Positions 9,602 through 21,360 of a DNA stretch of 37,030 nt are shown piece by piece. The stretch spans positions 1 through 37,030 of the forward strand of contig JAUCBJ010003393.1 in the NCBI GenBank assembly GCA_032718475.1, written 5' to 3'. The translations under genes were made by a program, and so were the position numbers. Numbering within the stretch: position 1 is the first letter of the stretch; each line of letters opens with the position of its first letter. Below the pieces are notes generated by a model, which was not told where the DNA came from, made no database searches, and saw nothing but the letters and a program-made list of their open reading frames with translations. This DNA is from Nemertoderma westbladi (taxonomy: Eukaryota > Animalia > Xenacoelomorpha).

Positions 9602-12034
9602 ATGGCAATGAAAAGTGTAGGATTCAAATTTCCACGAAGAATTTTTAGTGATGATAAAGATATAGTTAAAGATATACGATATCAATTGATTTCCTTTACA
9701 GATGCATCAAATTTAGCATATGGGACAGCAATTTATGTTAGAAGGTGTAGTAACAAAACTATTGAAACTAATTTACTTTATGCAAAATCGCGTTTGGCGC
9801 CATTGCCAAAGGTAAAGGCTACTGGAGATGGTAAGGTCAAAGTATCAACTCCTAGACTGGAATTAGTAGCAATTGAAACTGGTATTAAATGCTTTCTATT
9901 TGTGATAAAACATTCCAACCTTGGATTCACTGATATTTATTTGTATTCTGACTCACAATGTGCTTTGCACTGGGTGCAATCTACGAAACCAATGAAAATA
10001 TTTGTTTCGAACAGAGTTAAAGAAATAAATAAATTACCCGCTGTAATTTATCAGTATGTACCAACTGATCAGAACCCCGCTGATCTATTAACACGTGGTG
10101 TAACATCAGAGGCTCTGTGTAACATGAAGTTTTGGTGGAATGGTCCCAACTGGCTCGTTAAGAATGAATCATTTTGGCCAAAATTATGTATGAACCCTAT
10201 TAAGAAAGAAGTTGAAATTGCAATATCAATAGAACATGCCGATATTACTTCAATACATAAAGTATTTGCATTGTCAACCTCATATCCATTAGATATGGAT
10301 CCTACCAGATACTCATCATACATTCAATTATTGCATGTTACAGCTTTTGCATTGCGTTTTATAGCAAAAAGGATGAAGAACAATGTTAAAATTAGAAATA
10401 TGTTTAACCATATTACACTAGATAGAAATATTCATACCAGTGAAGTTGTTATTGCTGAGGCATTATGGATAAAAACAATGCAGAGAATACATTATAAAGA
10501 TGTAATAGAAGATATTATTACTAAGAAATCAAACACTTTGGTTAATCAACTAGGCATATTTATTGATAAAAACAAAATGCTTAGATGTTCCGGACGTTTT
10601 CCTTTTACAGAGGGTTGCTTAGAAAGCAATTTTCCACTATTGTTGGCAAAATCCGATTATGTGACAAAACTGATTATTCTGGAGACACATGAATTGATAA
10701 TGCATGGACGAGTTAATCATACTCTAAGTGAACTCCAGAAAAGATATTGGATTCCACAAGGACGCTCCTTAGTACATCAGATATTGAAATCATGTTATGT
10801 ATGTAAACATTATGGAAATGGTCCCTATAGACTACCTGTATTTAGTCGTTTACCGGATGAGCGAATGGAGGGTTACAAACCTCCCTTTAGTATGACTGCC
10901 TTAGATTATTTTGGGCATATATTTACCAAGAGCTATAAAACAGATGGGGAAAAGGACAAGGTATGGGTATGCTTGTATACCTGCTTGGTTACAAGAGCTA
11001 TTCACTTATAATTGGTACCTGATATGTCTGCTATAGAATTCCTTTTGGCCCTTCAACGATTCTGTTCACGAAGAGGATATCCTAAAAGTATCCTATCTGA
11101 CAATGCATCTCAATTCCTTCTAGCTGATCTTGTCCTTAATGATTTCTGGGATAAATTAATGTTAGACGATGATCTTTCCGGATATCTTACAAAGCGGAGA
11201 ATTAAATGGAAGAACATCCCAGAACTATCACCTTGGCAAGGTGGAATATATGAAAGGCTTGTTGGAGTTGTAAAGACAGTTATGAGAAAGAGTATAGGAA
11301 GGAAACTTTTATATGTTCATCAATTACAAACTATATTGTGTCAAATTGAATATATGATCAACAGTAGACCTTTGACTTACATATCTAGTGAAATTGATGA
11401 TAAGAGGGTAATTACTCCAAATGATCTACTAATTCCAGGACATACTAAATTTATTCAACTATTTGAAGATCATAATGATGATGATGATACTGATTATCTA
11501 CCGAAAGACTCAAGTGTGATGGAAGTTAGGACAAGTTTTAAGAAACAAAACGAAATATTAAATGACTTTTGGTCGCGATGGAATAGAGATTATCTGGATA
11601 TGTTGATGGAGAGAAATACTATATACGATCATAAACACAAGAAGATTAATATTCGTAGCATTCCTTCAATTGGAGAAGTGGTATTACTAAAACAAGATGG
11701 AACTTCCAGGTGTTTCTGGAAAACTGTGATTATTCATGAACTTAATCACAGTAAAGATGGTGAAATCCGTTCTGTACAGGTGATGACCCCCAAAAAGAAA
11801 ATACTAACTCGACCCATAAGCTTATTATATCCATTGGAACTCACAATTGAAGATAAACGAAACAAGAGCAATGAAAAGAATCAAAGCGATTCGGATGGTA
11901 ACAAACATATTGCAAATAGACCAGTGAGGGAATCAGCAATTAAATGTAAGAAACGTATTAGAGATTTGTTACAATCAGATATATTGTTCTCCTTCTGTGG
12001 TGGGGAATGTTGTGAACTCAATAAAAGTACTTAA
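9602..12034 (+). pseudogene. pol: BEL-B RNase H + integrase, with an in-frame TAA at 11009..11011
   Basis: FTDASNLAYG, PRLEL, YSDSQ, NPADLLTRG; HHCC zinc finger; LDYFG, RAIHL*LVPD, SDNASQF, PWQGGIYERLVG; FWSRWNRDYL. Confidence 0.92.
11999..12007 (+). promoter_or_regulatory. BEL-B polypurine tract
   Basis: GGTGGGGAA immediately before the LTR start TGT. Confidence 0.75.
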
Positions 12035-12359
12035 TCTTATTCACGATTTTAGTAGATTACATTTGGTGTTGGGGGGTTATTTCGTGTCGGAAAGTATCTT
12101 TATATTTTGATAGATGTATTAGGTTGTGTTGATATATTATTACTACTGTACCCTTTTTTATTGTTGCAATCAGACTGCTATACTGCAGTACTGTCATATT
12201 GTTATCAGTGATTGGTGTAGATTGATGTAGTGCAGTAGTGCTATTATTTTTATGTACCACGGTCCTTATTACTACTAAATTTAGAATGCAGAATTGAGAT
12301 ATCTAAATACTGAAACTGCTGAAATGTTTTTATATCCGAACCACTATGGGTTCGTGACA
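12008..12359 (+). repeat. BEL-B 3' LTR (352 bp, complete)
   Basis: TGTTGTGAAC...GTTCGTGACA imperfect terminal inverted repeat; identity with 5422..5647. Confidence 0.92.
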
Positions 12360-13967
12360 GTGGGCGAGTCAAATGCCCGGGCGAACTACACAAAACATGA
12401 TACCCGTCCTCTAACCAGTGAGGCAGATGTACAGTCTACGGTGACAGACCAAACTCACGAGGAAACAATCCCCGCGCAGCGAATCCTAACTATCGCTAAC
12501 GGACCCAAATACCGTAAACTTGCCGCGGTGTGATTTATATGGTTTATATACGGGCTAGTGGATTAACAGACTAGCGTAACAATACTGACCGTACTAAATC
12601 AGTCAAAAGGGGGTCGTGCCTAAAGTAACAATACTGTCGGCAGAAACAACAGTCTAATAAGTAAATACTCCTCTTGCCATAAACTAAATATCATATATCC
12701 TAAATTTACAAACTACGAATAGTAAAACTACCGTAGATCCTATCTGAGAATAGCCTAAAGTAGGTAATAACTAGTAGAGCTCTAAGAGTACATATGTTTT
12801 AGGGCATGAGTGTGTGTTTGTGTGTTACGAATAAAATAATTTTGGTGTACTCCATTGTACTAGGTTTTATTGAATTTTGACCGAAACAATACCGGGCACT
12901 AGCTACGAAAATAAGCTAGTCGCACTCTGTAGGGCTTAATACTTACAAAATGACATCAAAGCTCTCTCCTTCCTATCCACAACTCAACCGGGCAATTATG
13001 GTGTTAGTAACTACACCCGTGATCGGCGCAAATACCAGATTCTGGTTGTAAGATAAGAAATAGTTGTTAATTGCTACCGTACGTTAGCTGATCTGGTATA
13101 CAAATTTGATTCTTGAATTTTGTTGCTGCGGTGGTTAGCAGCAATACCTATCAGTATGTGGCAAGGCGCGGTAGGATATTAACAAAACCTCCCTAGGCCA
13201 AGCATGTGCCAGTAGCAGAAATACTCCTTGCCTGATCAAATGACGCGAGCTCAGGCAGGGGGTTGCTACTAATGTATAAGCTACAAAGTGAACCGGTACC
13301 GAACAGGTACCGGTACCTGTGCCTGTGAACCGGTACCTGTGAACCGGTACAGTACTACAAATCACTAAATTATGGAACATATGCTGTCTGTACCTAAAGT
13401 GTACTTGCGTACTGACGAACAGCAATAGTTCACACCTGTAGGGAATACAGGTTAATCGGGGATTTTTAGTACGGGTTCTGCCTGAATCTGAGCTATTTGA
13501 TCCTAAATTTTGCAGCGTCCCAGGACGGCGTCACGCTTACCCTGATCTATAGGTCTTACGGCGGGCAAGGGCGTCAAACAAAGTCTTACCTTCCTCTGAA
13601 ACGGGCGCTGCATGGCAAGGTGGAGTATTTTCGAAGGGGGGGGGGGGGGGGGTGAAGGGGGCGCGCGGGCTAATCTAATGTGGGCGCTTAGCGTGTTGTG
13701 GACATCTTCTCCCTGCGTTGCTGATGGCCTGACAGTTTAAGCAGCCATCTCCCAAACGTTTGGCTGTCCCAATGGTGGACAAGACAAAATATACATGTTC
13801 AAAGTTTACAGTATATTTATGTAATTTACAAAAGATTTATCAAAGTTCAAGTTAATGTAACTAGAAAGGGTATACAAGATTAACAAGATAAGTTAAGGCA
13901 AATAGTTTAGAGTAATAAGATAACTTAATGGTGTTAGTGAGAGTGATAACCGAAGGCAAACCGGCCC

Positions 13968-14104
13968 TTATATAGCAAATATGGGACATAGAATTCACTA
14001 GAACCTTCCAGAGCATTCCATGGCCTCATATTGGAGCAATAAGATGTTCTATGCCCTATGATTGGCCCAACTCATCGTTCCACATGTTGTACGCACCTCA
14101 TTGG
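13968..14104 (-). promoter_or_regulatory. LTR Pol II promoter: three CCAAT boxes + TATATAA (3' LTR copy)
   Basis: ATTGG at 14030, 14061 and 14100; ttatata at 13968..13974; the same arrangement is in the 5' LTR. Confidence 0.6.
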
Positions 14105-14139
14105 CTTATCTAATCAATCAGATCGAAAATAAATAGCCC

Positions 14140-14224
14140 AAAAATGCAAATTTCCTGACTGGGATTCGAACTCGTAACCTAACTGTAATGTAACCAACGC
14201 CTTAACCATCTGACCACTGCGCCA
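14140..14224 (-). ncRNA. tRNA-derived Pol III cassette in the 3' LTR (A box, B box, T5 terminator)
   Basis: TGGCGCAGTGGTCAGATGGTTAAGGCG...GAGTTCGAATCCCAG...TTTTT; no intact acceptor stem. Confidence 0.6.
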
Positions 14225-14361
14225 ATAGAGTCACCTATGAATTAATGTGTACCAATATGAATAGGCATATTACGTTACTGCAATTAAATCAAAATACATC
14301 GGATTTTAGAAAGTTTTTACATTACACTACAAATGCTACATAACAGTGAAATAATCTATCA

Positions 14362-14368
14362 CCGCTCC
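14362..14368 (-). promoter_or_regulatory. BEL-C polypurine tract
   Basis: GGAGCGG directly upstream of the LTR TG on the minus strand. Confidence 0.6.
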
Positions 14369-15880
14369 ATGAAAACAGTAAGTAAGACTGTTTTCACCAA
14401 TCGAAATACAAACCATTGACTAAATATCTCTTAGGTCTAATAGTGGGGCCTAAAATACAAAACAATCACTGTCTATCTATTGCATACTTAATATTGCAGG
14501 TACGGCGTAAATACAATCCATCATACATACAAAATACAAATTTACTAGTCAACTTTAGTGCATAAAATACAAAAGAGGGCTTTCGGTTATCAAAATAAAC
14601 AAATTAGAACAAATAATTTCAAATGTTTCAATAATATATTACAAATATACATAATAAATTCCTCAAATTAAATCAGTTCAATATAAGTAAACATAATGCG
14701 CTAATAATTTCCAAATAAGTCTTAAAGTGTCCTCCTGACGATTTCAATAGTTCGTCCTACTGGTTTGAATATCTTCTCCTGAGCACTGATTGCTAACGGT
14801 AGGCTCGCAAGCATTCCTTCTCTATCTCGCTCCTCCAAATCCAAATAAAATGGTAGGCTCGCAAGCCTTCCTTCCTTTACCTCGCTCTCCTAATCCTTCA
14901 TCGAGCGGGCTCGTCCCCGCCCTCTAAGACGATTGGGTGGTGGTCGAGATCGAATTGGGCTCGGACTTCAGCGTCGAGCTGTCGATGGTTCTAAAATGCT
15001 AGGAAAGGGAACAACAGGAGTCTCGCACATACGTCGGGCACTCAATCCTCTAAATCCTCGTCCGATTCCAATCATTCATTTCGTAGTGTCGGACTGAGAG
15101 TCTCTACAACGCTAGGAGGGAGTCTAAGGGGTGGGACCGTTCTGTCTGCTGACACCTCACTCTCTGATGTTGTCTTAATCCTCATAGGTTCTGGCAAAAC
15201 GTATCCTGTCCCTCCTCGTGGTTCTCTGGGAAGGGAAACCGTGCCCCGAGTCATCCCGATTTGCGACTTCGATGTCGTCCTCTCGGCGACATTTACTACC
15301 TTCTTAATCTCCTTTCCGGCCTTCTGGCTTCTTCCTTCTTCTAAGTATATGAAGCTGCGGATCTTCCTGTGGATGACTTGTCCTTTCGGCTAGCGGCGTG
15401 GCCTTGAAGCCAGTCTCACGCAAAACGTCCGCCTCATCTAAAATACACGAGGTTACACCATTTGTGATAAAATGCGCTCCGGTATGCCCAAACTATCGAA
15501 TGCCAGGCTCCTTGATTCCGCTGTTCGACTCGCAATTTATCGAACTCTCCGTCGGTAATCTTGTTCACCACAGTCTGAAAATTTCATGTGTTCTTATTGT
15601 TAGGGTGTACCTGTAGGAAGTAGTCCCTAACAACCTTGAAACCGCTATCCAATGGCAATATATCTAGCACCTCTAAAAGTTCATCGTATTGAGGCATAGC
15701 TGACACGTATCCTTCCTTCGACATAATGAGAGGGTTTACGGCCCAAAATCCCAAATGCGATCTCATGGGGAAACGGCGTCACTGCGTCGACATATGTTCG
15801 TCTGCTAGATTCTCCCAATGGTCGAATAGCTGTCGAATGATCTTAACTGACATATACTTATAGGGAACGTCCCTAAGTTG

Positions 15881-16060
15881 GCACTCGGATGCCATATGAC
15901 CTTTAATATTGCAATATGTGCACTGAGCCACGAAACGCCAACAGGTGTAGAAAGTGTGTGAACGTTGATCCCCACACCAGTTGCACACTAAATCTGGTAG
16001 AGATATGTGTTTCGCTCCACATTTCTTTGCGTGATGGCCAGTAGCCCCGCATCTGCCACA
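15881..16060 (-). other. Three CCHC zinc knuckles in ORF3
   Basis: CGRCGATGHHAKKC, CNWCGDQRSHTFYTC, CTYCNIKGHMASEC. Confidence 0.9.
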
Positions 16061-16648
16061 AATGGTGTTGGCAGGATAACAAACTCGCTTATAGATGAGA
16101 TCCCCGATGGGGCGAGCGCTACCGTCCACGTGATAATTCTCATCATCCGGGTCAGTCGGTACGTTCGTCTCCGTAGGTTGTACACAAACCATGGCTTCGC
16201 TTTTCTCTAATTCGCGTATCTCGGTTCGCGTCTTCCTCGGAAGGTTCTCCTCTATTTCTATGAGTTGCCGCAATGGCTCGTCTATTATCGCAGACTAGGT
16301 CGGATCCTCATCGCCATGATGTGCGGTAGACTCGCGAGCCTTCCAGGATCCTTCTGGGCCTTTGAACTCCGCGTGGCGTTCCCCGTCGTAGGGTACTAAC
16401 ATCAACATCGACGGTCCGTCGACTAGGCTTCCCGCGTGAGTGAGATAAACGTCCCTAAAAACGCTAAGTCCCTCACGCGTGAAAACTTCGCAGTGCGCAT
16501 CGGTGTTATAAAAGGGTTGGAGAAATCGGCGGAATACATCAGTACGCGTCCTTCCTCCGTCGTAAATGGTATGTCCTTCACCGAGACATAACAGATGTCG
16601 CTTTAGAGTCCTAGACACTACATTGGCGATGAAGCATACGTTCACCGA

Positions 16649-17266
16649 AGATTCAATCGCCAAATAGTATTGCAAGATTATTCGTGGAGGTGAGGTAATC
16701 GCCCAATACACGCAACTTCGCCACTTCAACTGTGACTCAAACTCGTTTACGCCAGGGGTATCTCCCTCATCGTATACGTCTGTGTATTTGCTCCTCTTAC
16801 TCTCTTTATCTCCCAACTGAACATGAGATATGAGTGAGATATAATCCGTTCCAGTTTTTAGCGTGTTATACTCTCTGAAATATCCTTGCTCGATAGCCCA
16901 AAGCAACAATGGTCTAGTATCCACGTAAGGCGTAGGCAATTGATCCTCCTCCTCGGGCATTCCTGCGAAATCACTAATAAGGTCCTCCCGTACACCGGAT
17001 CCGATCTTGACGATACTCTTATCAAGTACAATGTCACGCATGGCCTTTGGCAACATCCTAGCTTCTATGCTACAAGCCAGGTCCATGGATTTAATTATTC
17101 GTTTTATCATTGCGTGTCTTTGCGTCTTTCCTTCAGGCATAGGCATCTTTCTATCGCTCCTCTGTCGGCTGAATACGTGTAGCACTCTGTCAGGTACACG
17201 AATCTGTATGGTCTTTGAAGTGAGGCTCTGCTGATGGCTTCTTCCTTCATTATCATAAAACATATA
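16649..17266 (-). other. WRN/EXD/RNase D-like DEDDy exonuclease domain in ORF3
   Basis: ExoI YMFYDNEG; LPKAMRDIVLDKSIVKIGSGVREDL resembles the ExoII consensus LPxxLxxLLxDxxIxKVGxGxxxD; YVDTRPL; ExoIII-like W...YYLAIES. Confidence 0.7.
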
Positions 17267-18700
17267 ACCGTTCTCATGCAGAGATTGACTCATCGCGTCC
17301 CAATCGTTGAGTAAATTGTCAGTAGGGTTCCAAATTCTCCCTATGGACTTTTTGTCGTCGAAACTAATAGGTTTCCCCGTCCAATTGGTCGCAATGTCGG
17401 TTTCGGTTTCGAACGTGGCGACTCCGATCCATAATCAAATCGTTTTAGCCAGATATCCTCGCAAGATACAAGGTACGATATCCATCCCCGCACGATCCAC
17501 TTCCTTAAAATCCGTAATATGTAGAGGCACGTTGCGTATGATTTTCTGAACTATTGTTCTACGCAACTCCGCCACATCTAACACATCACCAAACGTAACC
17601 GATGGGAGGAAATCCAGGTTCGAAATGATCTCCGGGTGTTCAACTATGGGAATCTCGTAAGTTGTCTCCTCTCGGGTTGGTATACTAATAGGAAAGCTGG
17701 TTGGTCTCGCGACTGGTACTACCGCTTTAGTAGGATGGGGCTGAGGTTCTTGCGTCATCTCGACATGAGGTATCTGTAATCTCTGCGACAAATGCTGAGC
17801 AAAGGTGATACTATCGAAGAGTTCCGGTGTCATCTCCTTCGGTTCAGTTTGATCGTAGGATATCCAATAAAATGGTAGGCTCGCGAGCCTTCCACCAAAC
17901 TCCTCGATCTCGCCTTTCTCGTATGCTTTGTACGCCCTATAGAGGCTCAAAGCTTCCTGTTTCTCTTGTGTCGACTTATTAGACTCGTCCACTATCATAC
18001 TATAGACTTCTGGTTCTACTAATTTGGGTTCATAAATAACAATTTTGCCCATGTTCGGTCCACTCATTTTAAACGAATGGTACGGATTTGTCAAAGGGTA
18101 TCTGCCTTCTTGGTAACACAGACTTTGGTGGTATGAACATCGTGCTAATATCGGCTCGGGGTTCTCCGAGTTCAAGCGCATAGGAATCGCGTTGTCTTGG
18201 TCACGCATATATCCTCCACATTTATAGAACAGTTTATAAATGGAGAATGCGTCCTTGGTCTCTAGATCCGCTCCTCGAGCGCATCTATAAAGATGCATTC
18301 CATCGAATTCGTCCCTAGCTGCAGGCAAGGGTTCACTCCCCGTCAAATATTGCAGCGTATGATATAATCGGCATATCTCCGTGTCTGGATCCTCGCAAAT
18401 GTCACTAGCGTCGCATAACGCATCGTAGGGGTACAAGGCATTGAACTCCGCGCGTACCTCCTCCGCTCTTTTGTCATAAGCGTCCAACCGCTGTCGCCTA
18501 ACATTCGGGTCCACCTTGGATTTAGCGAGCTTGGCCGTACTCCTAGCTATACTCTCCACTCCAAACACGTTAAAGTTTTTGGCTCCATAACGATTAAACG
18601 GTGCCTGGTGCTCCTGCTCCTGTGTAAATCCCTGACATAACTCCTTGTAAATCTTCTCCGCCATCATATACGCGTATATATGGTTACATATCGTTACGTT

Positions 18701-18729
18701 CTACTAGATGAAGCACAAATAGAGGTTAG
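18701..18729 (-). promoter_or_regulatory. Candidate branch point + splice acceptor in front of ORF3
   Basis: CTAAC-CTCTATTTGTGCTTCATCTAG|TAG| followed by 11 open codons to the ATG at 18667. Confidence 0.6.
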
Positions 18730-19435
18730 ATGTGAGGAGACTTAGAGTTTTGTCAGCTTTTGGCTCAACTTTGCTCTAAAACCCCTACCCATTTGCCTAA
18801 TGACTTCGGGTTTCACGTGATTTCGCACTGGCTCCTAATCCAAAAAAAAGTGCCGATAAAAAACGAATTCCGGGTAAACTAGCCGTGAGTCTAAAATACT
18901 CACCTTTTAATTTCCCAAACTACTTTCCCAAAGAAAAATAGTGCAGTCGAGAATTAATTCGGTCTAAAATAATAGTAGACACGACTACGTAGAACAAGGC
19001 CGATTTTCTTTTCCAAAAAAATTTTTATCGGTAGGCTTGCAAGCCTTCCATCCGCTCTTGTCCTCCCCAATTTTAATTTTTATCTAGCTGTATCCTAGAA
19101 TTCGCATCCACTGGAGAATCGTTTTTCTTAAATTTAAATCCAACCAAATGGATTTGTCTAATAAATTTTGAAAAATTGTCTCACTTGTGGGTTCCAAGTA
19201 GAATTCCATTCCTACTGTAACACAATACCGCTCCTATATGTGATACATAAGGGTTCTACCCTCCATGTTCACATATAAAGACAATGGAATTCCACCACTG
19301 CCTTTATCTACAGTGAAGAGGAATACAAATGTGCATACAGTAATACAAAATACTAAATCGCTAAAATACAGTAAGGCTATGTGGCGACCATCGAGGGTCC
19401 CACATCTCTATTTACTTAGATTGGGTGGAGATTTG

Positions 19436-19482
19436 TAGTCTCCTGTCTCGTTTCTAGTCTCCTGTCTCGTTTCTAGTCTCCT
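19436..19482. repeat. 19-bp tandem duplication at the pol stop
   Basis: tagtctcctgtctcgtttc x2.5. Confidence 0.9.
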
Positions 19483-20886
19483 CAAGGAGCACGAGATGTT
19501 GTACAGGCCTATCTACGGTACGTCCGTCAATAGTCCGTACAGTAACTGTCCTTATTACACCAGATGTAGGGTGCGTGGTCAAAATGACTCCAGTCAGCCA
19601 AAACCGTCGTTTCAAATTGGTTTCAGCCAATAAAACATGGTCACCTTGTCTCAAACATCGGGTATTAAGATACCAAGAGGTTCTGGCCAAAATAGAGGGC
19701 AAATAGTGCTTCTGCCATATTTCCCAGAATTTGTTGGCTACAACTGAGTGATTTTCCAAGCTTTGTTGCCGTATCCGTCGTTATCGACAGGTATCGAAGT
19801 GGGCAACAATGTCATCAGCGCCTGCATAAGCAGGTGCGCTGGTGTCAAGGCAAACTGTGAGTCGTTGTTGTCTGGGATCAAAGCGATTGGACTAGTGAAC
19901 TAGAACTTAGTTACTGGACTAGAAAACCGCGTCGATTTCTATTAACAACGTCGTCAGTTGGTCATCTGTCAAGATGCGTTGCGTCGGTATTACTTTCGCC
20001 ATAGCCGTCTTGATTGACCCAATCAGTCTTTCCCAAACGCCACCTCTCCACGGACTGTCAGAAGTGTTAAAGCTCCAGACAATACAGTGAGGACGTAGTT
20101 CTTCGGAAATCTGGTTTTGGTCCAACTTTTTTAAGGCTCTGGTGATTTCATTCCATGCACCCACAAAGTTAGTCCTTGGTCGCAATAAATGGATTTGACC
20201 AATCTGCGTCTAGCGATAAATCGCCGTAAGGCTAGGATAAAGGCGTTGGTGGTTAAATCTGTCACAAGCTCAATATGGACAGCTCTGCTGGCCATGCAAG
20301 TGAAGATCAATCCCCAGCGTTTTACCTGTACCCTTCTGCATTTCGCGATTATGGGTCCAAAACAGTCTATCCCTGTCTCAGTGAAAGGGGGTCAAAAGCC
20401 TGTAATCTTGCTAGTGGTAGTTCACACATTTCTTGGTGTCCTATCCTCGCTCGCGTGCACTTTCTTACAAATCATACAGTTCCGTGTTACCAAACTCAAT
20501 GCCTTGCTAGGCCTAATCAGTACAAACCTCGAGCGTAAGTGTGATAGACAGTGATGCCGACCTACGTGTTTCAGTCGTACATGTGCGTCCAGTATCATAG
20601 CGCGCTGTAAGCGCGCGTTGCGGTATGATGATAGGATATCAAAGTCAATGTTTTGGAGTCTGGACTTGTGACAAAGTAAGCCCCTATAGATTATCAGACT
20701 CCAACTCAGGATCGGTGAAGGATTGATCTGTTTACCCTGATTGATCGCTGTGAACTCTCGTGCGAAATATCGCAATTGATAATGTCTTATAATATCAACT
20801 TCACAAAGACCAACTTTCTCCAAGGTAAGCCTTCTAGGAAAGTCGCGTTTGCCTCTGGCATATTGAGCCATGCTAACTTGCGGCAC
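19454..20886 (-). pseudogene. pol: BEL-C integrase (fragmented)
   Basis: HVRLKH...CMIC; GIDCFGP; IFTCMASRAVHIE; TNFVGA; SPWRGGVWERLIGSIK; KFWEIWQKHYL. Confidence 0.9.
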
Positions 20887-21360
20887 GCGTCAGTCCATGA
20901 TCTAGTTAGGTTGACTATCCTGTCAACGTAAGTGTTAGTGACGTCATCAGGTAAGGTATAGTCAAAGTGTGGGTACTTGTTCGGACTTGGTAGGCCCACG
21001 GGCCTTCCGGTGAGTGTCTCCCTTTGTACAATAGGTTTGTCTGAGTCCTCAAGTATTTTAATCTCCATGGTCTTACCTTTACCGTCCACACTCATTGAAT
21101 TGACTGGCAGTAACGGTTTCAACTCTACAGTATTAGTGTGTTCCTGTGAGCTCGTAAGCTTCCTAACCTTAGTCCCACGTTTACCTGTAGATGGTAAGTC
21201 AAGTATTTTCCTTGAGTGGAGTGTGATCGCTGTGGCCACACCTTCGATGCCCAAGGAAATCAAATTCGGTAAGTTGTTAATACCTAGTGGGTGTGTACTA
21301 GTCCTCTCCAATGGATTCATTGCGTCCTTATAGCACACGTCGTTACTTTCCAATTGTTTG

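Larger units (their letters stand above)
5422..12359 (+). mobile_element. BEL/Pao LTR retrotransposon B (gag-PR-RT-RH-IN, no accessory ORF)
   Basis: Paired LTRs, PBS, PPT and BEL-type domain order and motifs. Confidence 0.95.
12360..14361 (-). repeat. BEL-C 3' LTR (distal ~460 bp cut off by the BEL-B insertion)
   Basis: Aligns with 28674..30263; starts TGATAGAT on the minus strand after a PPT; has 373 bp (13416..13788) absent from the other copy. Confidence 0.92.
14722..18667 (-). pseudogene. BEL-C accessory ORF3 (~1300 codons ancestrally): unknown N-terminus + DEDDy 3'-5' exonuclease-like domain + three CCHC knuckles + charged tail
   Basis: ORFs 17435..18667, 16295..17293, 15779..16273 and 15584..15766 share one frame, separated by single stops. 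The tail after ~15450 is frameshifted and ends at TAA 14722 (less certain). Confidence 0.8.

Noticed and set aside
13135-13425. Duplicated small ORF (also 29448..29651)
   Set aside because: It lies inside the LTRs, so the duplication is trivial; starts differ and there is no recognisable motif.
15584-17437. Programmed TGA readthrough or selenocysteine in ORF3
   Set aside because: TAG and TAA stops and frameshifts occur throughout the element; CGA to TGA decay explains the TGA excess.
14722-18667. ORF3 as an envelope glycoprotein
   Set aside because: No signal peptide or transmembrane segment is visible; it has nuclease-like and knuckle motifs instead.
21145-21163. Possible 13th stem-loop (tgtgagctcgtaagcttcc)
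   Set aside because: Too degenerate (indel plus several mismatches); not counted.
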